From positions 16,435 to 80,434 of the forward strand of contig CAXXTC010000001.1 in assembly GCA_963666925.2 (NCBI GenBank): a stretch of 64,000 nt of DNA, given 5' to 3'. Under the pieces are notes generated by a model. The model made no database searches, was not told the origin of the DNA, and was given only the letters and a program-made list of their open reading frames with translations. Below are positions 1-10,000 of this stretch, piece by piece. Numbering within the stretch: the stretch's first letter is position 1; every line of letters begins with the position of its first letter. The position numbers and the translations under genes were made by a program. The DNA is from Phycisphaerae bacterium. GTDB taxonomy: Bacteria; Planctomycetota; Phycisphaerae; UBA1845; Fen-1342.

Positions 1-646
1 AGGCGTCGGCGCCGCGGAGGCGGCGGATGAGGTCGGCTCCGGAGCAGATGTTGCCCCACTGGTCGCTGCCGCCTATCTGGAGCGTACACTTGTAGCGGTC
101 ATAGAGGGCGAGGAAGTCATAGGCCTGGAGCAGCATATAGGAGAATTCGGTGAATGAAAGGCCGGTTTCGCGAGCTTCGAGGCGCATGCGGACAGAGTCG
201 CGCATGACCATCTGGTTGACGGAGAAGTGCTTGCCGATATCGCGCAGGAATTCGACCAGGTTCAGCTTGGTGAGCCAGTCGGCGTTGTTGACGACGACGA
301 CATCGTCGGCGTCGCCGAGGATGCGCTCGACCTCGGCGCGGATGCCGGCGAGGTTGTGTTCAAGCTGTTCGGTGCTGAGTAGTGTGCGTTCGTCCTCCTT
401 GCCGCTGGGATCGCCGATGAGCCCGGTGCCGCCGCCGACGAGGGCGATAGGGCGGTGGCCGGCCTGCTGGAGGCGGCGGAGGTTGAGCAAGTGCACGAGG
501 TTGCCAATGTGCAGGCTATCGGAGGTGGGGTCGAAGCCAGCATATGCGACCAGGCGCTTTTGGCGTAGCCGGTCGGCCAGTTCGGGCGCGGAGCATTGGT
601 GAATGAGGTCGCGATGCTCGATTTCTGTGTAGAAGTCGCTGTTCAT
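1..646 (-). CDS. tyrS: Tyrosine--tRNA ligase (5' part; continues off the left edge)
   Basis: Manual translation of the minus strand from ATG 646 gives MNSDFYTEIEHRDLIHQCS...YAGFDPTSDSLHIGNL (HIGH motif)...LVGGGTGLIGDPSGK, typical of TyrRS. Absent from the ORF track because it is truncated. Confidence 0.96.
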   Translation of the reverse strand, partial: MNSDFYTEIEHRDLIHQCSAPELADRLRQKRLVAYAGFDPTSDSLHIGNLVHLLNLRRLQQAGHRPIALVGGGTGLIGDPSGKEDERTLLSTEQLEHNLAGIRAEVERILGDADDVVVVNNADWLTKLNLVEFLRDIGKHFSVNQMVMRDSVRMRLEARETGLSFTEFSYMLLQAYDFLALYDRYKCTLQIGGSDQWGNICSGADLIRRLRGADA

Positions 647-655
647 GATGGGCGT

Positions 656-664
656 ATGATAACA
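656..664 (-). promoter_or_regulatory. Candidate extended -10 element (TGT-TATCAT) 9 nt upstream of the tyrS ATG
   Basis: Minus strand reads gtgTGTTATCATacgcccatcATG, with no Shine-Dalgarno in between. Confidence 0.45.
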
Positions 665-802
665 CACGCGCCGCGGACCGCGAGCGGCGGTGATTGGCCG
701 GTAGTAACTGGATGAGGTGTTGGACAGGCCTGCGGCGCACACCACAATTGGGCCCCGGAGGCCCACCCGATGTACTTGCCGCAGACCCGTGCTACGAGCG
801 TG

Positions 803-1294
803 CTACCGCAGGCGGAACTGGCCGCGTGCGACCTTGGCGACGTTTGGCATCTGGGTCAGAGCCAAGCCGACGCTTTTGGCAAGGGTCTTGTTGCGGGATT
901 TGTAGCCGCTGGACATGACCTCGTTGGTGATGTCCTTGACGGACATGGCGCCGCGGCCGTGCAGGATCTGCTCGAGGTGCTCCTTGAGCGAACCGGTGCG
1001 ATAGCGGCCGGTCGCGGAGGCGCCACGTTTGGTCGGCGGCCTGCTCGTAGGCGCGGCAAGGGGGCTGGCCTGCATGGCTTTGATGGCCTGATCGACCAGG
1101 TTGATCTGAGAATCCAGGGCGCTGCGCTGGGTCAGCAGAGACTTGTGATACTGCTGTAGACTGCCGAGCGCCTGATCGTGCCCGGCAGGCTGGGCAGCGG
1201 CCCGGCTGCGGGCCGCCCGCCGCACGCGCCTGGCGCGCTTCGGGGCCTTTGGCTTGGCGGTCTTGCGGCGCTTGGTTGTCCTCTTCTTGGCCAT
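803..1294 (-). CDS. Basic protein: K/R-rich N-terminal tail, coiled coil and C-terminal winged-helix-like domain; putative nucleoid-associated or DNA-binding protein
   Basis: MAKKRTTKRRKTAKPKAPKRARRVRR; heptad segment LQQYHKSLLTQRSALDSQINLVDQAI; C-terminal SLKEHLEQIL..MSVKDITNEVMSSGY..SVGLAL..KVARGQFRL resembles a wHTH. GGAG precedes ATG 1294. Confidence 0.7.
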   Translation of the reverse strand: MAKKRTTKRRKTAKPKAPKRARRVRRAARSRAAAQPAGHDQALGSLQQYHKSLLTQRSALDSQINLVDQAIKAMQASPLAAPTSRPPTKRGASATGRYRTGSLKEHLEQILHGRGAMSVKDITNEVMSSGYKSRNKTLAKSVGLALTQMPNVAKVARGQFRLR

Positions 1295-1381
1295 TGCATT
1301 GAACTCCATAGAAGCGGGGTATATGCAAGCCGATGTTGTGTCTGACGTGTGGTCCGACCGTCAAACATCGGCACAGTCTAT

Positions 1382-1410
1382 CTTGTAGCGCAGTCCCGTC
1401 CTGATGTCAA
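1382..1410 (-). promoter_or_regulatory. Candidate sigma70-type promoter for the basic wHTH gene
   Basis: Minus strand TTGACA-N17-TACAAG: perfect -35, imperfect -10. Confidence 0.35.
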
Positions 1411-1663
1411 GTGCAGGCCGTTCGAAGTTTCCGGCATGACCCCACACTGGCCGGCATGGTTGTCGCGGCCCGTCAGATGGACATTGCCAGTCTTGAGAGC
1501 GGAAGCGCGGACGACTGGTGTTGGCAGCCGGGACGGTGCTCGATGGTTACCCAGTGCCCTACGGCTCTACTTGCGGAGTCGTCGACAACTCGCAGCTGCC
1601 GGGATCGCTCGGTTGCCTGTGCGTTTCAGCGACTGGCCCGGTGTGCGCAGGTGTAGTCGCGTT

Positions 1664-2548
1664 TCACGAAGAGAAGAGCGCCTGGACAGTGTGAAGTTCG
1701 GTGATGAGGTCGGCACCAAGGAGGTCGAGGTCTTCCGGGCCGATCTTGTAGCGGGTCATGATGTCGGGGTCACAGCGGTAGGCTAGACCGTCGTCACCGC
1801 CGCCGACGCCCATCATCAGGCAGACAGAGTCGGACAGGTGGATGGCGTGTACCAGCGGGTCATCGATGGGGCATTCCTTGGGTTCGTGGTGGTAACGGAT
1901 GCAACGCGCGATGGTGTCCGGGAGGCTCCACGTATCGGCCAGTCGGGAGCCGACTTCGGGGTGGGTGAAGCCGAGGACCTGTGCTTCCGCTTCGCAGAAG
2001 GTGATGTGGTCTTCCTGAACGCGGCGTGCGATTTCGGCGTAGTCACGCGCGACGTACTCATTCAGCACCACCTTGCCGACGTCGTGCAGCAAGCCGGCGG
2101 TGAACAGCAGGCCGACCTGTTGCAGCTTCATCTGGCGGGCCAGCAGTTGGCCACCGAGCGCAACAGCTACAGAGTGGGACCACAGCGCGCCGGCGGGCAG
2201 ACCGTAGCCTTCCTGGGCACGACTGAGCAACGCTCGACTGTGGGCTGCCATGACCAGTTGCATGATCTTGAGCGTGCCGAGCAGGCGGACGGCGTCATCG
2301 AGCGACTCGACCGTGCGGGCCAAGCCGAAATAGGCGGAATTGCAGAGACGCAGGACCTCGGCGGTGATCACCTGGTCGTAGCGGATGGTCTCGACAATCT
2401 GGCTGAGCGAGCTGCGCGGGTCGCTGACCACGCTGACCAGTCGCATGAGCGTATCGGGCAGGTGTGGCAGCGCCGTCACGCGCTCGACGACCTCGTCGAT
2501 CGTGAGTGCACTTCTTGAGACTGCAGTGTCATTCGTGGGGGATGTCAC
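1664..2548 (-). CDS. HDOD domain protein
   Basis: LPHLP, VLRLCNSAYFG, LWSHS, AGLLHDVGK, GFTHPEVG..W.LP, IRYHHEP. The GTG start overlaps the cheD stop (GTGA). Confidence 0.93.
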   Translation of the reverse strand: MTSPTNDTAVSRSALTIDEVVERVTALPHLPDTLMRLVSVVSDPRSSLSQIVETIRYDQVITAEVLRLCNSAYFGLARTVESLDDAVRLLGTLKIMQLVMAAHSRALLSRAQEGYGLPAGALWSHSVAVALGGQLLARQMKLQQVGLLFTAGLLHDVGKVVLNEYVARDYAEIARRVQEDHITFCEAEAQVLGFTHPEVGSRLADTWSLPDTIARCIRYHHEPKECPIDDPLVHAIHLSDSVCLMMGVGGGDDGLAYRCDPDIMTRYKIGPEDLDLLGADLITELHTVQALFSS

Positions 2549-3048
2549 AGGGGCACCTCCTGATTGCGTGACCTGACGGTAACCGTGCCCGAGCCAATGT
2601 CGAGTTTGAGTGTCCGACTGACGGAACCACCAACGTCTTCGGAGTTGATCGCTACACCATTTTTCCAGAACAACTTGCGCAAGGCGAGGTAGTTGCGTTT
2701 ACCGATGTTGAATGTCTTCGATTCGTCAAGGAGCTGCGCTCCGCCGGCTACCTTGATTATCAGCCGGTTCTTGACGGCGCCGATTTCGTAGGCGGCGTGA
2801 AACAGCTTGGGAACACCCGTATCGCAAAACATGGCCGGGTTGTTCTTGGCCTTTTCCGGTGAAAGGGATGATTCCGGCAACATGAAGTGGAGCAGGCCAC
2901 CCACACGGGCAACCGGGTCGTAGATGACCAGTCCGATACAGCTTCCCAGGGAGTAAGTAATAAGCGAACTGTCGACATCTTTCGAAACGGTGAGGTCCGC
3001 TATATCTACCACGATGTTCATGCCCATCCTTGTTGCGCCGGCGGTCAC
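2545..3048 (-). CDS. cheD: Chemoreceptor glutamine deamidase CheD
   Basis: TYSLGSCIG (catalytic Cys), GLLHFMLP, KVAGGA, NIGKRN, EDVGG. Confidence 0.93.
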   Translation of the reverse strand: MTAGATRMGMNIVVDIADLTVSKDVDSSLITYSLGSCIGLVIYDPVARVGGLLHFMLPESSLSPEKAKNNPAMFCDTGVPKLFHAAYEIGAVKNRLIIKVAGGAQLLDESKTFNIGKRNYLALRKLFWKNGVAINSEDVGGSVSRTLKLDIGSGTVTVRSRNQEVPL

Positions 3049-3287
3049 TTGGTCTCCCGCCCAGTAGCGGGCGATTGCTGCCGGGGCCTGATACCGTCTA
3101 CATCGGCTACTCGGCGGCAGCGCTGCAACCGCGCGCCGCCGATAACTGCTAACTTCGGCAACCGGTCCCAGTCGATCGCCTCAGTTGTTTCGCTGGCATT
3201 CCGGACGCTGTTGCCCTCTCGGTGTTGCAGTTGTGCGTCCGTGAGAATCGACGATGGTCGGATCGGTGTGAATCCGCGTCCGTTGTT

Positions 3288-3803
3288 CTAGCGGAGACCG
3301 GCGCCTTCGGCGGTGCCGGCGTCGGTGAGCATGGTCGTCAGGCCTTCGGATCCCAATGCCCGGTCGATTCCTAGCAGGATCTTCACGTTGTCTTTGACTT
3401 TGCCCATGCCCATGATGAAGCTGGTATCGACCGCGGCGCCCAACGGGGGGGGAGGAGCGATCTGGTCATCGTCGAGGTCGAGCACTTCCTGCACGGTATC
3501 CACGACGACCCCGACCAGTGATCCGATATCTACGACCACAATGCAGGTTTGCTCAGTGTATTCCGCCGGTTCCATGCCGAACTTGAGCCGCAGGTCAATC
3601 ACAGGGATGACCTTGCCGCGCAGATTGATGACGCCTTTCACGTATTTGGGTGTCTGGGGCATGGCGGTGATGTCCATGATCCCGATAATCTCGCGGACCT
3701 TGAGAATCTCGATGCCGTACTCTTCGCCCGCGAGGCTGAAGGTGAGGTATTTCCCGCCCGGGGCGGTTTGGTGGGCCTGGTCCTGCTCTGTTGCCGCTGG
3801 CAT
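3288..3803 (-). CDS. cheW: Chemotaxis coupling protein CheW
   Basis: KYLTFSLAGEEYGIEILKVREII...VKGVINLRGKVIPVIDLR. Start set at MPAATEQ, after AGGAG. Confidence 0.95.
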   Translation of the reverse strand: MPAATEQDQAHQTAPGGKYLTFSLAGEEYGIEILKVREIIGIMDITAMPQTPKYVKGVINLRGKVIPVIDLRLKFGMEPAEYTEQTCIVVVDIGSLVGVVVDTVQEVLDLDDDQIAPPPPLGAAVDTSFIMGMGKVKDNVKILLGIDRALGSEGLTTMLTDAGTAEGAGLR

Positions 3804-3916
3804 GGGGTACTCCTGTCTTTCATAGAGCCGGCGTCTTGCCGGGGGGGACGCGTACGTGTGGCACGGGCGGAATCGGCTTGGTCGGCGCGCCGCGCGAGGC
3901 GTGCCTTCCCGACGCA

Positions 3917-6325
3917 TCAGGTCTGTGCGGACGAAGGTCCCGATAAGCCGGAGGAGGCCGCATCGGGCACCGCTGGCTCAGTCATCCCGTCCGTATTGTC
4001 GGCCGGTGGCACGTGGCCAGTTTGGTTCTCCTGATTCTCATTGGCGATATCGGACATCCGGGCGGTGGCCGACTCGGTTTGGTCGGCGTGGCACGATTCG
4101 GCGGCGGTGAACCTGGTCTGGCCTCGTAGCCGGTCTGAGCAGAAGCTGCTGCCGACCTGGTTGTGCCGCTCCAGCAGACCGGCGGGTTCCAGGATCAGGC
4201 CGACCCGGCCATCGCCGAGGATGGCGGCCCCGGAGACTCCCTGAACCTGTTTGAACCGTGATCCGAGGGTCTTGATGACGACCTGTTGCTGGCCGATCAG
4301 CTCGTCAACGACCAGGGCGATTTTGTGGCCTTCGGCCTGGACCAGCACGACGAGGTTTTCGCAGGGGTCGATGGGGTCGCCGTAGCCGAACAGGGCGCCG
4401 AGCTGAATCACGGGGCACAGTTCTCCGCGGACCTGGAGCATCTCGCCGCGGCGCTGGACGGTGGAGATGTGTCGGGCTTCGGGTCGCAAGGATTGGTCTA
4501 TGAGGATTGTGGGGATGATCAGACGCTCGTTGTGAACGCCGACGATCATGCCGTCGATGATGGCGAGCGTTAGCGGCAGTCGGATGTGGAAGGTCGTCCC
4601 GCGACCCACGTCTGAGGTGATCTCGATCTTGCCGTGTAACTGTTCGACGTTGCGCTTGACGACGTCCATGCCCACGCCGCGGCCCGAGATTTCGGTGATC
4701 CGGCTGGCCGTGGAGAAGCCGGGCTGGAGGATGAGCCCGAAGGCCTGGGAGTCGCTGAGCTCCTCGTCGGGCTTGACCAGTCCGCGTTCTATGCCCTTCT
4801 CGATCAGTTTCCGCGGGTCGAGCCCTTGGCCGTCGTCGCTGATTGCGATGACGATGCTGTCGCCCTGGTGATAGGCGTTGAGCCGAACCTGGCCCGTTTC
4901 CGGCTTGCCCGCCTGCCGGCGTGCGGCGGAGTCCTCGATGCCGTGATCGACGGCGTTACGTACCATGTGCATCAGCGGGTCGGAGATCTGCTGGATGACG
5001 TTCTTGTCCAGCTCGGTGTCCTCGCCGTTGATGGCGAGCTCGACCTTCCTGCCAGATTTGCGGGCGACGTCGCGGACCAGGCGGCGCATCTTCTGAAAAG
5101 TGTGTCCGATGGGGACCATGCGCATGGCCATGGCGGTCTCCTGGACGTCGCGGACGATCTTGCTGACCTGTGCGACGTTGCGCTGCAACCGGTGATCGGT
5201 GAGCACGGTCCGTGACAGGTTCACCATCGACTGAGCGATGACCAGTTCGCCGACGGTGTCGACGAGCAGATCGAGCTTGGCGGTGTCGACGCGAATCGAG
5301 TAGTCGGCCAGCGTTTGGTCGGAGGCCGGTGCGGGGCGCGCCCCACTCGCATCAGCGGGCGTGTGGTCGAGGTCGTCAGGCGTGACTGCCTGATCTGTAT
5401 CCTGGTCGTGGACTTGTTGCTCGGGCGTTGGCGGCGCTGCCTCAGTGAACTCGCCGCGGGCCGCACGTTGCAACAGCGTCATGATCTCGCGAATGTCGGG
5501 CTGCGGGCAGGGGTCAGCAGTGGGGGCGGCCATGAACTGGCGGATGAAGTCGATCTGGACCTTGAGTGCATCCACGCCGCTGAAAACGAGGTCCACGATC
5601 CCGGTGTTGATGGACATCGTGCCCTTGCGGCCCTGGTCGAGGATGGTCTCCATCTCATGGGTAAGGCGGTTGACGTCGCGCAGGTTAAGAAAGCCGGCGA
5701 TGCCCTTGATGGTGTGCAGTGGGCGGAACAACGCGTCGAGCTTGCCGGTGTCGTGCGGGGCGGATTCCACCTCGAGCAGGCCGGCCTCGATGGCGTCCAT
5801 GTGCTCGAGGGACTCTTCCAGGAACGCGTTGATGTGATCTGCTTCCGCGACGTCTATGATCAGCGGCTCGCTGACGTATTCCTCGACCGGCGACGCGTCG
5901 GCCGGTTCGGCTGCGGTGGTTGCCGGCGGTGTCGGTTGGGTTGACGACAGGTCTGGCGCGGGCGGCGGGGCTGCGATCGGCAGGGTAACGCCGGCAGAAG
6001 CGCACACCCGATCCAGCAGCGGAGTGGCAACGCACGGGGCGCCCTGGTGCAGTTGCTCCAGCGCTTGCACAACCTCGGGGATGAGCTGGATGCCGGCGTC
6101 CGCGTCGGCTGCTTCGTCCAGGATCAGCCGTTCGAGCAGTACGACGAGGCCGTTAGCAAGGTCGCGAACCACCTGCTGCTGTTCCGGGGTGAGCCCTACG
6201 GGAGCAGACTCGATCAGATTCTGGCACCACGAGTGCATCTGGGCCAGTCCGCCCAGGTCGTTGCGATCGAGCGGCTTCGAGACGGCCTCCCTAAGGCCGG
6301 TAAGTGCCTGTTCGGCGATGGTCAT
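3917..6325 (-). CDS. cheA: Chemotaxis histidine kinase CheA
   Basis: Hpt LFRPLHTIKG; dimerisation SIRVDTAKLDLL; HATPase HMVRNAVDHGIE, DDGQG, GFST, SGRGVGMDVV; C-terminal CheW-like domain. Start set at MTIAEQ. Confidence 0.95.
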   Translation of the reverse strand: MTIAEQALTGLREAVSKPLDRNDLGGLAQMHSWCQNLIESAPVGLTPEQQQVVRDLANGLVVLLERLILDEAADADAGIQLIPEVVQALEQLHQGAPCVATPLLDRVCASAGVTLPIAAPPPAPDLSSTQPTPPATTAAEPADASPVEEYVSEPLIIDVAEADHINAFLEESLEHMDAIEAGLLEVESAPHDTGKLDALFRPLHTIKGIAGFLNLRDVNRLTHEMETILDQGRKGTMSINTGIVDLVFSGVDALKVQIDFIRQFMAAPTADPCPQPDIREIMTLLQRAARGEFTEAAPPTPEQQVHDQDTDQAVTPDDLDHTPADASGARPAPASDQTLADYSIRVDTAKLDLLVDTVGELVIAQSMVNLSRTVLTDHRLQRNVAQVSKIVRDVQETAMAMRMVPIGHTFQKMRRLVRDVARKSGRKVELAINGEDTELDKNVIQQISDPLMHMVRNAVDHGIEDSAARRQAGKPETGQVRLNAYHQGDSIVIAISDDGQGLDPRKLIEKGIERGLVKPDEELSDSQAFGLILQPGFSTASRITEISGRGVGMDVVKRNVEQLHGKIEITSDVGRGTTFHIRLPLTLAIIDGMIVGVHNERLIIPTILIDQSLRPEARHISTVQRRGEMLQVRGELCPVIQLGALFGYGDPIDPCENLVVLVQAEGHKIALVVDELIGQQQVVIKTLGSRFKQVQGVSGAAILGDGRVGLILEPAGLLERHNQVGSSFCSDRLRGQTRFTAAESCHADQTESATARMSDIANENQENQTGHVPPADNTDGMTEPAVPDAASSGLSGPSSAQT

Positions 6326-6861
6326 GTCGGTACCACTGGCTGGACGGAATCCAAACGCCCCGGCGTGTCCGGGCGTCGGCCCGCGGCACTGCCCGTGCTC
6401 CCGGGACGGCACCCTCAGTATCGATATCGTGTCAGCCGCGGTTGGCGTTGAATGTGACCCGATTTCCCGGTCCCTGCGGTCGTCGGACTCTGCCAGGGCC
6501 CGGATAACTGGCTCCTGGCCAAGGGGTTATATGTGTATGGTTGAACAGCGGGGGTGGCTTCTCCGGGCTCGCACCGTCCGAGTAGGTTTCGGTAGATCAC
6601 GCCGTCTGGGCAGGTTCGGCCCCCGCGCACGGGCAAACCCACCTTCGGCGGGACTGCCCATGCCACCCCGCCTGTCTGTCTCCTATGGCACCCAATCGGC
6701 CTGCCCTCCACCTAGTGCTACGCAACGGGGCGGGGCACGTGGGCGGGCCGTGCCCAAAGGTGGGCGCGCGCGTTATACTTCTCGATTCGGTGGTCATCGG
6801 CACTATTAGCCGGACCGGCTGCGTGTGAGAGAGTCTCGTTACCTAGCGGAGGTTGGTCGTC

Positions 6862-8412
6862 ATGTTGATGCCGTTCCGTCCTGAGCCTTATGTGGATTTC
6901 AATGAGCCTGAGCCGCGGCAGAAGATGCTCGCCGCCCTGAAAGACGTGCGTAGCAAGCTGGGGCGCAAGTACCCGTTACGCATCGGCGACCAGTTGATTG
7001 ACACTGATCGCAAGATCGATTCGCTCATGCCGGGGGATTTCAAGACGGTCGTGGGGCACGTAAGCAAGGCCAATGCAGACCAGGCGGAGCAGGCCATTCA
7101 GGTCGCTTCAGAGACGTTCAAGACCTGGAGCCGGGTGGTGCCGGAAGTACGTGCGAAAGTTCTGCTCAAGGCGGCCGCCATCATGCGCCGCCGGCTTTAC
7201 GAACTGTCGGCGTGGGAGTGTTTCGAAGAATCAAAGGGCTGGCTCGAAGCCTATGCGGACGTTTGCGAGGCGATTGATTTCCTCGATTTCTATGGCCGCG
7301 AGATGATTCGCCTGGGCGGTTCGCAGGATGTTACGCCGTTCCCCGGCGAGGACAACGAGCTGCGCTACATGCCGCTGGGCGTAGGTGTGGTGATTCCGCC
7401 ATGGAATTTCCCGCTGGCGATTACCGCTGGCATGACCAGTGCGACGATCGTGACCGGCAACACGTGCGTGCTCAAGCCGGCCAGCACGGCGCCGGTGATT
7501 GCCGCCATCATGTGCGAGATTTTTGAAGATGCTGGCCTGCCGCCGGGCGTGCTGAATTTCTGCCCGGGTTCGGGCGGTGAGATCGGCGACCTGCTGGTCG
7601 AGCATCCCAAGACGCGTTTTGTGGCGTTTACGGGCTCGATGGAGGTCGGCTTGGGCATCTACGAGAAGTGTGGCAAGGTTTCGAAGGGGCAGATCTGGCT
7701 CAAGCGGGCCATCCTGGAGATGGGCGGCAAGGACTGCATCGTGGTCGATGAGACGGCCGACCTCGACGCGGCCGCCGACGGGGCCGTATACGCGGCTTTC
7801 GGTTTCCAGGGCCAGAAGTGCTCGGCGTGCAGCCGGCTGATCGTGCATCAGGATGTCTACGACAAGTTGCTGGAGAAGGTGGTCGAGCGGGCCCGCAAGC
7901 TGACGGTCGGCGACACCACGGGCGAAGAGAACCTCTTCATGGGCGCCGTCATCGACGAGAACGCCCACAAGACCATCAACAAGTACATCGAGATCGGCAA
8001 GCAGGAAGGCCGCGCGGTACTGGCGGACACGAAAGTGCCAGCGGGCGGCTACTTTGTTCCGCCGACGATCATCGCCGACGTCGATCGCAACGACAAAATC
8101 GCCCAGGAGGAGATCTTCGGGCCGGTGCTGGCGGTCATCAAGGCACGCGACTTTGACGACGCGCTGGAGATTGCCAATGGGACGATCTACGGGTTGACCG
8201 GAGCGTTGTTCTCGAAGGACCGCTTCCGGCTGGAACGGGCGCGGCACGAGTTCCACGTTGGCAATCTGTACTTCAATCGCAAGTGCACCGGCGCGCTCGT
8301 CGACGTGCAGCCGTTCGGCGGCTTCAACATGAGCGGCACGGACAGCAAGGCCGGCGGCCGCGACTACCTGTTGTTGTTCATGCAGGGCAAGTCGATTACC
8401 GAGCGCTGGTAA
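6862..8412 (+). CDS. pruA: L-glutamate gamma-semialdehyde (1-pyrroline-5-carboxylate) dehydrogenase, PruA/RocA type
   Basis: ALDH motifs [32 protein letters not shown]-terminal [14 protein letters not shown] is characteristic of RocA/PruA. GGAGG upstream. Confidence 0.93.
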   Translation: MLMPFRPEPYVDFNEPEPRQKMLAALKDVRSKLGRKYPLRIGDQLIDTDRKIDSLMPGDFKTVVGHVSKANADQAEQAIQVASETFKTWSRVVPEVRAKVLLKAAAIMRRRLYELSAWECFEESKGWLEAYADVCEAIDFLDFYGREMIRLGGSQDVTPFPGEDNELRYMPLGVGVVIPPWNFPLAITAGMTSATIVTGNTCVLKPASTAPVIAAIMCEIFEDAGLPPGVLNFCPGSGGEIGDLLVEHPKTRFVAFTGSMEVGLGIYEKCGKVSKGQIWLKRAILEMGGKDCIVVDETADLDAAADGAVYAAFGFQGQKCSACSRLIVHQDVYDKLLEKVVERARKLTVGDTTGEENLFMGAVIDENAHKTINKYIEIGKQEGRAVLADTKVPAGGYFVPPTIIADVDRNDKIAQEEIFGPVLAVIKARDFDDALEIANGTIYGLTGALFSKDRFRLERARHEFHVGNLYFNRKCTGALVDVQPFGGFNMSGTDSKAGGRDYLLLFMQGKSITERW

Positions 8413-8445
8413 GTCAGTGGGCGGGGGGCCGAGTTTGGCCCAGCG

Positions 8446-8477
8446 GCGCCGCGCTGTCGTCGATGGCAGCGCGGCGC
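8446..8477. terminator. Strong GC hairpin between convergent pruA and pgi; possible bidirectional terminator
   Basis: gcgccgcgctgtcg-tcga-tggcagcgcggcgc, a 14-bp stem with G-U pairs; no clear U tract. Confidence 0.5.
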
Positions 8478-8499
8478 GGCGGGCCGATTGGGGGTTTCC

Positions 8500-9921
<1,422 letters not shown>

Positions 9922-10000
9922 GTCCGGGACCTCCTTGACAGGCTTATGCGACGTCCGGGCTCAGAAGATACCGTGGCCGAATTGCACTCGCCAGCGGCGG

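Noticed and set aside
1664..2548. HD-GYP c-di-GMP phosphodiesterase
   Set aside because: There is no GYP motif and the sequence matches the HDOD pattern.
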